Shown piece by piece: positions 46,405-55,343 of a DNA stretch of 64,000 nucleotides. Under the pieces are notes generated by a model. That model saw only the letters and a program-made list of their open reading frames with translations, was not told the DNA's origin and ran no database searches. The DNA comes from a virus. Where the stretch lies: positions 25,210 to 89,209 of IMG/VR virus record IMGVR_UViG_2922727739_000003, one strand, 5' to 3'. The translations under genes were made by a program, and so were the position numbers. Within the stretch, counting starts at the first letter, position 1; the number at the start of each line of letters is the position of its first letter.

Positions 46405-47538
46405 TTACGCAAAAGGGTCGTCGTTTTTACTTGAGAATGGATCATCCCCAGTTTGACTAAACGGGTCATCCGAATTATTGACATTATTAAAAGGATCAGT
46501 GTTAGTCAGAGTTGCTGTTTTTTTCAATTCTTCCTCAGTCAACAGTTCACGCATTAGGCTGCCTTCCACATAACTGATAACTTCCAAACCCTTTTTATCC
46601 CCGTTAGTTACACGCTCTTGTCGTGTTACCTTCTCACTACTATCCACTTGACTAAATGGGTCATCTGATGAAATTTCTTCTACGATATCCACGTAAGCAA
46701 AAGTTGCTCTGTTGTTGTCTTGCCCAATAACTTCAATAAAGTCGTAGGTGTTAAGAGAAGAGAAGGCATCAGCCATCGAAATGCCATGTTCTACTTTCTT
46801 CTGATACACCATCAATTCAACATCTTTTGGTTCGGATCTATCGATTCCATTTGTCAAAACAACTGCATTAATTTTTGTATCTCCAGTCTCACTATCTTGA
46901 TATGTAGTATTGATACCAATTTGCATGTTAAATCTATTTACTTCAATAAAATCTGGCGATTGGAAGTCGCACACGTAATTAATGGATTTCCCAGCAACTT
47001 TAACATCTTGAGGCTCACCATCAATGATAACCTTTCCTTCTTTGATTGGATTGACAAAACTAATCTGTCTTGAAATACCTTTAATTGTTTTGCCGTCTTC
47101 AGTATCAAACTCATATGGAATGTATTTTCCCTTAACTTCTACCCATAAGTCTTTTTCTACAATTTCTTTAAACTTATCGATTCTATCCCATTCAGGTTCA
47201 ATGAGGTGATATGTATTATCTGGATATGTGTCTTTATTGTATCTTTGATTCCACTCTACTTTAGCTGACTTTCTGTGCTGCCTGCTGTAAGGATATGCAT
47301 AGGGCTTTTCTTTACCTGTAATCTTAACTTTTAGTTCATTACTCATTGCCGTTTCAATAATAAATTGAAATACTTTCTTTTTCCCCTCTTCTTCAGTTGA
47401 GTAAAACGGGACATCTACCCAGTTATCTGTGATCTTATCTTTTTCCTTAATTGGTTTTACTTTGCCCACAAAATGAAATGCACTGTTAAATTCTTTGCCA
47501 CCATGATTGTTGTTTACCTTAATCTTATAGTCTGCCAT
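46405..47538 (-). CDS. Putative ssDNA-binding protein (SPbeta YorF-like)
   Basis: OB-fold-like beta-rich sequence with an acidic DDPF-repeat tail; synteny with the AAA ATPase. Confidence 0.55.
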   Translation of the reverse strand: MADYKIKVNNNHGGKEFNSAFHFVGKVKPIKEKDKITDNWVDVPFYSTEEEGKKKVFQFIIETAMSNELKVKITGKEKPYAYPYSRQHRKSAKVEWNQRYNKDTYPDNTYHLIEPEWDRIDKFKEIVEKDLWVEVKGKYIPYEFDTEDGKTIKGISRQISFVNPIKEGKVIIDGEPQDVKVAGKSINYVCDFQSPDFIEVNRFNMQIGINTTYQDSETGDTKINAVVLTNGIDRSEPKDVELMVYQKKVEHGISMADAFSSLNTYDFIEVIGQDNNRATFAYVDIVEEISSDDPFSQVDSSEKVTRQERVTNGDKKGLEVISYVEGSLMRELLTEEELKKTATLTNTDPFNNVNNSDDPFSQTGDDPFSSKNDDPFA

Positions 47539-47840
47539 ATGTATTTTATATCTCCTTTTTATGTTTGATTATTTTTATTTGATTAATCTAAGTGCGATCA
47601 ATCATAAAAAGGAGGGCTTCTCAGCTTGTTTTTAATTCATATCACCACCTTGTAAAGTGAGATGTATTGCATCTATATAATCGCGCTAGGCACGTTATTG
47701 TTGTATGTACTTCTTTGACAATTGTTGTTGGCTTCTTCAATGAGACTAAGTAAATCCTTTATCATAATATCTGTTCATGTTCAGCATCCCCTTTCAATTG
47801 TACTTTATCTATATAATCACACTTTATAGTGTGTTATTTT

Positions 47841-47917
47841 TGGTGGGTCTCGCCCGACTTGAACGGGCATCAGCCAATTTATGAGATTGGTGTCTTAACC
47901 AATTAGACGAAAGACCC
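47841..47917 (-). tRNA. tRNA with CAT anticodon (elongator Met or lysidine-type Ile2), CCA encoded
   Basis: GGGTCTT/GAGACCC acceptor stem, GTCT/AGAC D stem, CCAAT-CTCATAA-ATTGG anticodon arm, GCCCG-TTCAAGT-CGGGC T arm, terminal ACCA; 77 nt. Confidence 0.93.
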
Positions 47918-47992
47918 TTATGTATTGCCTTTTGGTAAATGTACTTTCATGATAAAAGTATTCTTTTATGACGTCGATTACCTTGCTAATTA

Positions 47993-48021
47993 AATATAAC
48001 ATGTTAAACTATACAAGTCAA
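47993..48021 (-). promoter_or_regulatory. SigA-type promoter upstream of the tRNA
   Basis: TTGACT-17 bp-TATATT with an extended TG. Confidence 0.7.
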
Positions 48022-48121
48022 TACATTTCATTATTTTTAATTGTATTTTTGTACACTTCATTTCTTTCTATCTGTAGAGTATGTAATCAGCCGAACCATA
48101 CGCTCGGCAATGGCTATGCAA

Positions 48122-48496
48122 CTAAGACAAGGCTAAGTGTAGCAAATTTGAATATTTATTTTTTTCATACAGGCTATATAGTATTTCTGGATCTGTTACT
48201 TTTAATCTAGCTAACTTAAAGCCATCGACTTTTTCTTGGCATAATTTTTCAAGTGCCATGATATTATTATCATTATAATCAACAATAAACTCACTCTTGT
48301 CCTTATACCCTTCTTCATCGATCAACTGTTTTCTTTTTTCTGAGAGATAAATATATTCAGAGCCAGGATTACCATTACAAAATAAATACATTTTTTGTCT
48401 GTCAGAGTCACTTCTCAAAAGGAACTCAATTTTTTTAATTATTATTGTGGCGCTTTTAGGTATATCAAGCCGATAAATTAGTTCGTCTTGCTGCAT
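48122..48496 (-). CDS. Hypothetical protein
   Basis: ORF track; SD AAGGAG; candidate own promoter upstream. Confidence 0.6.
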   Translation of the reverse strand: MQQDELIYRLDIPKSATIIIKKIEFLLRSDSDRQKMYLFCNGNPGSEYIYLSEKRKQLIDEEGYKDKSEFIVDYNDNNIMALEKLCQEKVDGFKLARLKVTDPEILYSLYEKNKYSNLLHLALS

Positions 48497-48654
48497 AGCA
48501 TTATCTCCTTGCTGTCGAATTCTATACTTTTATTATACGAGATTACTATAATTAGGCAACAACTTTACACACCATGTCTAAATATATTGACTTAATCAAT
48601 ATACTGGAAAAACGCCCATATAGTGTGTCACTTTTTGTCGAATCGTTTATTCAG

Positions 48655-48666
48655 GAACTTATGTTC
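48655..48666. promoter_or_regulatory. LexA/DinR (SOS) box
   Basis: GAAC-TTAT-GTTC(G), intergenic between the LytTR gene end and 48122-48496. Confidence 0.6.
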
Positions 48667-48727
48667 GTATTTATTTTGATTATACTACTGCCAAAAGGCA
48701 TAAGCAATATAAATCCAAAAATAACTC

Positions 48728-49141
48728 TTATTTTTTATTGTTTCTTAGTTTTTGCAGCATTTTTTTCACTGTCGCTAAATGTACCGCAGCTATCTCTACA
48801 AAGCTTTTTTTGTTTTTATCAAAGTATATCTCATAGACCTTTTCATCAATTTCATCAATCTTAGTAACGTCAGCCATGCTCCCTCTACCTACTCTTACGA
48901 AGCCTTCAATATTCTCAAATAAACGCATCGTCTGTTCCGTTCTTGTTTCATCGATATACTCGCCCATGTCTGTTATGTATACAATTCTTGTTTGCCCAGT
49001 TCTTCCACTTTTCTTTTCAGTTCTAAATCCTTGAATTTCAGATACTGGCAGCATAATTGCTACTTCGTCTATTTTGTCACCTATCTTTTTAACCACTTTT
49101 ATAGTATCCGTTGATTTCAATTTTTTCACCTCATAATTCAT
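48728..49141 (-). CDS. Stand-alone LytTR DNA-binding domain protein (no receiver domain); likely TTG start at 49120
   Basis: GFVRVGRGSMADVTKIDEID resembles the LytTR F.R.HRS.IVN...I motif; about 130 aa; last gene of the agr-like operon. Confidence 0.65.
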   Translation of the reverse strand: MNYEVKKLKSTDTIKVVKKIGDKIDEVAIMLPVSEIQGFRTEKKSGRTGQTRIVYITDMGEYIDETRTEQTMRLFENIEGFVRVGRGSMADVTKIDEIDEKVYEIYFDKNKKSFVEIAAVHLATVKKMLQKLRNNKK

Positions 49142-49184
49142 TTGGTGTCTCGCCTCCCAAAAGAAGAACGAGACACCAAATATC

Positions 49185-49307
49185 TTATTTCAATTCTTCT
49201 GGCACTGCTTCTCCATGGATCAACGTCCAACTAGCAGTGCTTACTACTGTTACAGCCAGCAGAGAGCAAAAACTACCAACAATCAGCATAAGTTTGTTCA
49301 ATTTCAT
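49185..49307 (-). CDS. agrD: AgrD-like cyclic-lactone autoinducing-peptide precursor (40 aa, absent from the ORF track)
   Basis: MKLNKLMLIVGSFCSLLAVTVVSTASWTLIHGEAVPEELK*: amphipathic leader, S-W-T-L-I-H core aligning with clostridial C-x4-H-Q-P, P-E-E-L-K tail; the ATG overlaps the agrB TGA (ATGA). Confidence 0.88.
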   Translation of the reverse strand: MKLNKLMLIVGSFCSLLAVTVVSTASWTLIHGEAVPEELK

Positions 49308-49840
49308 AACTTTTCACCTCCTCTCAAGCGTATCAAGAGGAGACTTTGTACTAGCGCTGCTAAATTCAAAACTGGAATATTAATCATATATATTAGCGTA
49401 ACTAATATTAAAGATATAATTTTAAACCATTTAAAATTTTCTGGTTTCACTCTTGTTTGCTGTTCGATTTTACTCGGTGCATACAACATTACAAGTATTA
49501 TACTCACTAGATACATAGTAAAAGAATAAGTCTCTAAATAATTGCCACACAATGCAATTAAAATTATAACAAGTGATGAAAAAACTATACACATTTCTGC
49601 TGATTTAAAATGAAACCCACCTGAAAACACTCTTACTGATGAAAAACCAATTAGTGCAAGTATTGCTTCTTTGGTAATCCCCAGCAACATCGATGCTATT
49701 AATACAATAAATATTGGTATTGTATTCGATATAATAAACTTAATTGTGTACCTTATTATTTGTTGTGATGGTAATTCATCAGGATATTTTCTTTTAGCTG
49801 CAATACTCCATTTATCAGCTAACTGATTAATCATATTCAT
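49304..49840 (-). CDS. agrB: AgrB-family peptide-processing membrane endopeptidase
   Basis: RVFSGGFHFKSAEMC carries His and Cys 7 residues apart, as in S. aureus AgrB H77/C84; LYAPS motif; multi-TM. Confidence 0.92.
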   Translation of the reverse strand: MNMINQLADKWSIAAKRKYPDELPSQQIIRYTIKFIISNTIPIFIVLIASMLLGITKEAILALIGFSSVRVFSGGFHFKSAEMCIVFSSLVIILIALCGNYLETYSFTMYLVSIILVMLYAPSKIEQQTRVKPENFKWFKIISLILVTLIYMINIPVLNLAALVQSLLLIRLRGGEKL

Positions 49841-50468
49841 TTTTAATTTCCTTTCTTCTTTCTATAAGTATCAGTGAAACAAATATTATTATCCAAAAAA
49901 CTACGCTAATGGTCATATTATCGAAAGTTGGCTTTGTCATTACAGACACTCCGATCAGAGAAATAATGAATAATACAACATTAGAGAAATTAATTTTGAA
50001 TTTCAAAGTATATTGATATGGCAATGTTGTAAAGAAAACAGATCGTTTTCTTAATGCAAGACTTATTAAGATCATTATTGTGTCACCTAAAAATTGAATC
50101 AACATTCCATAATCTTTTGTTGTGGTAAAAAAATCAATATTAAGTGTACTTGCAAGCACAAGCGCCGTTAATGTTTGTAAAATCATCTGCACTAAAAAAC
50201 TGATTCCCGATATTCTCAATGACGAAAGGGGAGATAGTTTAAACAAAATTACGAGAAATATTATCAATAATAACAAATTAGCAATAGGCGCAATTCTATT
50301 CGGTAGGTCGTATTCCACATATAGGAAGGTGCCTACAGAAATACACAGACTTGAAACAATAAACTGAATCCAGTAATCCCTAAGTTTTATAGAATACATA
50401 CCAAATCCAAAAATAAAAATTGCCAAACCATCCAACATTGAAAATATTATGTATTTAGCTGTCTCCAT
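49827..50468 (-). CDS. Multi-TM protein resembling an AgrC sensor domain, with no histidine-kinase domain
   Basis: About 213 aa from ATG 50468 (SD GAGG); 6-7 hydrophobic segments; ends RRKEIKNEYD with no H-box or HATPase domain; overlaps the agrB start. Confidence 0.6.
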   Translation of the reverse strand: METAKYIIFSMLDGLAIFIFGFGMYSIKLRDYWIQFIVSSLCISVGTFLYVEYDLPNRIAPIANLLLLIIFLVILFKLSPLSSLRISGISFLVQMILQTLTALVLASTLNIDFFTTTKDYGMLIQFLGDTIMILISLALRKRSVFFTTLPYQYTLKFKINFSNVVLFIISLIGVSVMTKPTFDNMTISVVFWIIIFVSLILIERRKEIKNEYD

Positions 50469-50515
50469 GTTCGCCCTCACGTTCTTATAATTGAATATAA
50501 TGAATTTGTACACTA

Positions 50516-50544
50516 AATATATCATCTGTAATTATTTATGTCAA
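50516..50544 (-). promoter_or_regulatory. SigA-type promoter of the agr-like operon
   Basis: TTGACA-17 bp-TATATT directly after the mrpR-like terminator. Confidence 0.8.
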
Positions 50545-50557
50545 CACAATTTTCCAT

Positions 50558-50592
50558 AAAAAAAAGTAGAATAAGAAAAACTTATTCTACTT
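50558..50592 (-). terminator. Intrinsic terminator at the end of the MrpR-like gene
   Basis: 12-bp stem aagtagaataag/cttattctactt with a long U-tract on the minus strand; overlaps the stop codon. Confidence 0.85.
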
Positions 50593-51556
50593 CATAAATT
50601 CTTTTTATGGTCTCAACATTAAGGAAATCTTGAGTATACATTGTGCTGTTGATTATGCCACCATCACGCAATCCAACATTAAATTGCTTACATATCTTAT
50701 GGATATCTGAACGATCTAAAGTTCTTTTATTTTGATCAAAGTATGCTTTTCTTGCCATTTCTAACATGCCTGAGTTTCTTATATCAATTGGAGTTAAGTT
50801 TGGTTTGTTTAATTTTTCACCAAATTTGGTAATAACGAATGTTATTAACGATTGTTTAACTTCCTCTCCTCTTGTGCTCTTTATTATATAATCATTATCT
50901 TTCAATTTAGAAGTATCTTTTCGTAGGCTACCTTCACCAAAATTAGATTTATATACCTCTTCTTGATCTGCTGCTAAAAGAGCTTTGATCAAAAAATCAC
51001 TAACAATGATCTCTCTTTCTGTTGTTTCATAGCGACCTACATTAGTCAGTTTTATTTTATTATGCTCTTTATCAATATTCTCCACTTTTAAAGTTCTTAT
51101 CTCAGAACTATTCCTACCTAATATACCTTCAAATATTGATAGTATTATTGCTATATCCCTATAGCTATCTAACTCTGATAAGGCATCTTCTAAGTGATCT
51201 TTTCGTATTAATGTTTGCTGTGGTACAAATTTTTCAAAGTCGTCTTTCCCTTTCATTGCAGCAAGTGGATTCATTTTATCTTTCCTAAGACCTTCACCAC
51301 TTGCCCACTCAACATATTTTCTGAGAATTGACCCATAGTTCATTGCACTACTTAACTTAGTGGGAGCCAAGAGGTAAATAACCTCTTCAAATTCACTTAA
51401 TGTAAAATCATAAAGATCTTTACCTAATCTCATTTCTACTCTACTTGCGCGCTTTAGCTTTCCTTCGTAGTTCTTACGAGTGTTTTCTCTAAATTCGCTT
51501 AAAAATCTTTTTTTGATCTCTGGATTATATAGGCTATCCCCATATATATTATTCAA
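50582..51556 (-). CDS. mrpR: MrpR/YopR(SroF)-like master repressor with tyrosine-recombinase fold
   Basis: 324 aa; YNPEIKKRFL...KDLYDFTLSEFEE, EGILGRNSSEIRTLK and LTPIDIRNSGM (degenerate R..HxxR motifs); directly downstream of a YopQ-like gene, as in SPbeta. Confidence 0.75.
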   Translation of the reverse strand: MNNIYGDSLYNPEIKKRFLSEFRENTRKNYEGKLKRASRVEMRLGKDLYDFTLSEFEEVIYLLAPTKLSSAMNYGSILRKYVEWASGEGLRKDKMNPLAAMKGKDDFEKFVPQQTLIRKDHLEDALSELDSYRDIAIILSIFEGILGRNSSEIRTLKVENIDKEHNKIKLTNVGRYETTEREIIVSDFLIKALLAADQEEVYKSNFGEGSLRKDTSKLKDNDYIIKSTRGEEVKQSLITFVITKFGEKLNKPNLTPIDIRNSGMLEMARKAYFDQNKRTLDRSDIHKICKQFNVGLRDGGIINSTMYTQDFLNVETIKRIYEVE

Positions 51557-51560
51557 TTTG

Positions 51561-52895
51561 TTACACCTCTTTGATTATATTTTCGAAATGTTTTAGTATG
51601 TCCACTTGAATGCGAGTAGACGAATAAGCCCTTTTAGCCTCTAATAAATCTATCAGTGTTTTATCGTTACTTAAATCAAGATCATCAATTATTTTATTTA
51701 ACTCCTTAGGACTGATATTTTGATTATCTTTTTGATACATTTTATAAGCGATCACTGTGTATCCCAAAAACATTAAAGGGTGATTTATATAGCTCTTATC
51801 ATACTTTTCTCTATTTTCCAAAAAAGCATCCACATATAGGCTTATCAAAATACCAAAATATTTCACAAGATAGTGTGATACATTTTGATAATCAAGATAC
51901 GTCTGAGGATTAAACGTTCTTTCAATTGCTAAATTTAAGATACTGAATGTTGTTAATTGTCCCACAGCAGTATTTGGCTTAGTTGCAGAGGCAATTCGAA
52001 TACCTTTAAGTTCGCTGTCCTGGTTGGTTTGTAATTCTTTTACGACAGATGCAGATCGCTCAGTAGAAGAAAGTTCTTTCTTTCTGTCTTTATTTAGAAT
52101 GTTAATTGTATTTATCTGACCAAAAAATTTAGAGGCGGTTTGCTGATCATAAGTTCTAATCGATAGTTCAAAATTGAAATCCAAATCATTTTTCTCATTC
52201 ATTGCTTTGACAGTAGCCTGCAAACGGTGAAAACCATCCAATATACTTATAGTAGCATCTTTGTTTATAATTAATTGTCCAAACTCGTCTTCTTTCGGAA
52301 TCCAAGTTACAGGTTCTGATTCAAAGTTATAAACGTTAAATCTTATGGTATCAGTTAAATAATCATTCGCAACAAGTTTATTAGCAATGGTTCTCACAGA
52401 AGATTGATTTACAATAGGCGTTTCAATAATTCCATCGTTGCGATTGCCTTTATATTTTAATCCTCTTTGAGATCTTGGATCGTATATTATCATCTGCGAT
52501 TCGAACATCTTGTTTAAAAGTTTGGCTGATATCTTTGATGAATATGCTTTTTCGTCAATTTGTATTGCATTAAAAGTCAAAGGTAAACTAATTGTTTCAC
52601 TAACAAATTCTATGGCTATACTTTCTTTGGCTTCTCTAATTTCAGTCGCTGTAAAATGTTCGAGTGGATCTATACCACCAAAAACACTATTTATGCAGTC
52701 AGTAAAGACACATAATAAGGGTAGGCTAATCTCTTCAATACTTTTCTTTTTTAAAACAATCTCGTTTAATGTTCCGTAAGGAACTCCTAGTGAGTTTAAT
52801 CTATCATTTACACTGAGTATCTTTTTTCTATTTGTCTTATGTTCGTCAAGTATTTCAGTAATTATCTTTTCAACTTCTCTACGATCAGTTTTCAA
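51561..52895 (-). CDS. YopQ(SroE)-like DGQHR/DndB-related protein
   Basis: ILDGFHRL motif, 444 aa, synteny with the MrpR-like gene. Confidence 0.7.
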   Translation of the reverse strand: MKTDRREVEKIITEILDEHKTNRKKILSVNDRLNSLGVPYGTLNEIVLKKKSIEEISLPLLCVFTDCINSVFGGIDPLEHFTATEIREAKESIAIEFVSETISLPLTFNAIQIDEKAYSSKISAKLLNKMFESQMIIYDPRSQRGLKYKGNRNDGIIETPIVNQSSVRTIANKLVANDYLTDTIRFNVYNFESEPVTWIPKEDEFGQLIINKDATISILDGFHRLQATVKAMNEKNDLDFNFELSIRTYDQQTASKFFGQINTINILNKDRKKELSSTERSASVVKELQTNQDSELKGIRIASATKPNTAVGQLTTFSILNLAIERTFNPQTYLDYQNVSHYLVKYFGILISLYVDAFLENREKYDKSYINHPLMFLGYTVIAYKMYQKDNQNISPKELNKIIDDLDLSNDKTLIDLLEAKRAYSSTRIQVDILKHFENIIKEV

Positions 52896-52953
52896 ATGTG
52901 ATACACTCCTTTATTAAAGAATTATAACACATAAATATAATAAATATACACGA

Positions 52954-53736
52954 TCATTTTTTCCTAAGTTTATCTAACAAATTGTGATTATTACCCTCCA
53001 AAACCAGAACTTTAGTCACATCTTTTAAGTCTTTTGTATTCATTAATTCGATTTTATTTAGAATTTCATTCTTTATTTTATTCTCACAAGTGATGCAGAA
53101 TTTCTTCCCTTCAATAAAAGGAAACTGCGAATAACATCTTTCGTATTCACATACTTTTTCCCCAACTTTCTTTGGGGAAAATTCTGCCTTTTTCATCGCT
53201 TCAGTCCAACTCAATCCTTTATTGTTCATTGCACTAGAAGATGGTTTGAGTTTCAAACTATCATATTCTACTTTTGTTGGAATGTAACCTATTTTTTTTA
53301 TGGAATTTTTTAAATCAACAATCATCGATTCAACGCTTGTATATTTGTTTTTCAAATTCACTTCAGCAGCTTTACATATTTTCTCTATTCCAAAGCGATC
53401 AGATATATAGTCCCAAACAGGCTCAAAATTACCAGCTTCATAATCCATTTTATCTACATATCCGTTTAATACGTTTAATAATTTGAAATTGCTGATTGCT
53501 TTAATTCTGTTTTTTTCTAATAAGTATTCTTCTTTTGTTGGAATACCAGCTTTTTTCAAGAAATCTTTAAAATTTGTTTTTGCTTTCCTATTGTAGGTAT
53601 CCCATGTAGTAGTTTTTTCTTTGTCTCTATAAAAATCAAAGAGTTCTACTGTGAGGTATCCTCCTGCTTGCTTGGCCGCCAACTTAGCTTCATCTATATA
53701 CTTATTTTCAAGTTCCATATTCATATTACAATTCAC
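52954..53736 (-). CDS. Protein with homing-endonuclease-associated-type repeats and a C-terminal Cys cluster
   Basis: Repeated IPTKEEY / IPTKVEY...W.EA...A units; CEYERC and FCITC. Confidence 0.45.
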   Translation of the reverse strand: MNCNMNMELENKYIDEAKLAAKQAGGYLTVELFDFYRDKEKTTTWDTYNRKAKTNFKDFLKKAGIPTKEEYLLEKNRIKAISNFKLLNVLNGYVDKMDYEAGNFEPVWDYISDRFGIEKICKAAEVNLKNKYTSVESMIVDLKNSIKKIGYIPTKVEYDSLKLKPSSSAMNNKGLSWTEAMKKAEFSPKKVGEKVCEYERCYSQFPFIEGKKFCITCENKIKNEILNKIELMNTKDLKDVTKVLVLEGNNHNLLDKLRKK

Positions 53737-54275
53737 CTCTCAACAAAGTACCTGTTGGTCATATACCAAGCCTTACCCTTCTCAATATCAACCATACCCT
53801 TCTTGCTATCCAAGAATACAATATCCCCACACTCTTTGCAGCCCCATTTATTCCTCTTGTACGCTGACTCCTCTATATATGAGGCTCCACATTTACATTC
53901 TACCTGAATCAATACCTTGTGCTGGCTATACGCATCTGCTAATTGCTCTTTACTCTTACTCGCTACTGTTGGTTGCTGTATTGCTGCTACATATTCCCTT
54001 TGCTCTGAAAATTCATTATGTACTTTAAAATCTGCTACAAGCTCAGGATTTAATCCAAAGTATTCTTTACCTACTGTGGTTACATATTTACTACCTACAC
54101 GATAAGATTCTATCCAGTCCTGTATTTGTTTGATGGATAGGTTTACACTTCCTTTAATACCGCTATTTAGCGTGTAAGTCATAACAAAGTAAAGATCAGT
54201 TCTCATAATGCACCCCCATCTAAATATACTATAAGCGATAATTATTATCAAAGAGTAAAAAAATAAGCGTAGCAT
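53733..54275 (-). CDS. Hypothetical Zn-ribbon protein
   Basis: CKCG...CKECG; likely start MRTDLY. Confidence 0.55.
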   Translation of the reverse strand: MLRLFFYSLIIIIAYSIFRWGCIMRTDLYFVMTYTLNSGIKGSVNLSIKQIQDWIESYRVGSKYVTTVGKEYFGLNPELVADFKVHNEFSEQREYVAAIQQPTVASKSKEQLADAYSQHKVLIQVECKCGASYIEESAYKRNKWGCKECGDIVFLDSKKGMVDIEKGKAWYMTNRYFVER

Positions 54276-54317
54276 ATACTATGCTCGCTTTTCAGCAGAT
54301 CATTATTTACTCTTCGG

Positions 54318-54923
54318 TTACACTTTTGTTAATAAAATATCTTTCTCAAACTCATTAACAATAATCATAAGTCTTATGAGATTCTTATTCTTCTCTTCTT
54401 TGTATTTCTTTATATGTAATTTTATCGCTGCTAAAGCTAAATTGAAATACTCTTTGCCATAATCATTATGAATATTCAATAAATAATATTTTGTTGCGTC
54501 TGCGGTAATCTTGCTCCTATATCCTTCACCCTTCATCATAGAACAAAAATCAGAAATGTGAGATAGAGCTGTTCCTCTGTGCATTCCTGACAATAGTGAA
54601 ATGGAATTTAACGCAGAACTAAGATCTATCTCATTATGATAGAACTTTCTAGAATATTCGTAAGCGGTCTCAATCATTAGTCTTGTTATTATTTTTCCCA
54701 TTATTTTATATCACTCCTCATTGTTGTGTTCTTCTATCCATTTGGCTATATCTAGGTTGGTTTTAACAACTTTATTTTTCTTTGTGTCCCATATGCGGAA
54801 ACCGTTTGCCATAAAGTTATTTAAATCGTTCGCTTCTTCTGCTTCAATATTTACAAATTTCCATGTCTTCAGGTTATGCTCTTTATCATAGGCTGCTAAT
54901 TTCATTAAACTATATCTTTTCAT
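54318..54923 (-). other. Two hypothetical ORFs (54318-54701, 54711-54923) heading the operon that leads to the yopQ/mrpR-like genes
   Basis: ORF track, SD motifs. Confidence 0.6.
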
Positions 54924-55043
54924 AGTAATATGTCCTCTAAAGTTGTATTTTTTACTGTTATTTCATCAAACAATCTGCTAGAATAAAATGACAAATACAC
55001 CCTTCGCCCAAAATCATAAGGAGTGTATTTGTCTTGTTGTGTA

Positions 55044-55102
55044 GTGACACGAAATTCGTATCACCTGAGTTATATTATAGGGTTTATCCAATTTCGTGTC
55101 AA
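55044..55102 (-). promoter_or_regulatory. Consensus SigA promoter with overlapping operator-like inverted repeats
   Basis: TTGACA (55097-55102)-17 bp-TATAAT (55074-55079); 21-bp near-palindrome GTGACACGAAATTCGTATCAC (55044-55064); half-site ATTTCGTGTCA over the -35. Confidence 0.8.
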
Positions 55103-55133
55103 CCCCTATTTGTAATTAATGGAGGAAATGTGT

Positions 55134-55343
55134 ATGTCTCGGGTTGACATCAATCTTAAAGCTATACTTAATAAATTCGAAATAAGCGAAAGGGAAATTT
55201 CTAGAAGAACAGGTATCAGACAGGCTACAATCAATAACATGTGCAATAATGATGTTAAGCAAATTTCTTTAAAAAATATTTCTCTCTTGTGTGATGAACT
55301 AGGAATTGATATTTCAGAGTTGCTTACTTTAAATAGAAAATAA
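55134..55343 (+). CDS. XRE/Cro-family HTH transcription regulator
   Basis: ISEREISRRTGIRQATINNMCN...ISELL; divergent from the promoter above. Confidence 0.88.
   Translation: MSRVDINLKAILNKFEISEREISRRTGIRQATINNMCNNDVKQISLKNISLLCDELGIDISELLTLNRK

Noticed and set aside
47841-47917. Initiator tRNA explaining the non-canonical starts
   Set aside because: It lacks the C1:A72 mismatch and the three consecutive G:C anticodon-stem pairs that define initiator tRNAs.
50582-51556. Active tyrosine integrase
   Set aside because: Catalytic motifs are degenerate (HxxR appears as PIDIRNSG, no clear nucleophile context). Size and synteny fit the MrpR/YopR repressor better.
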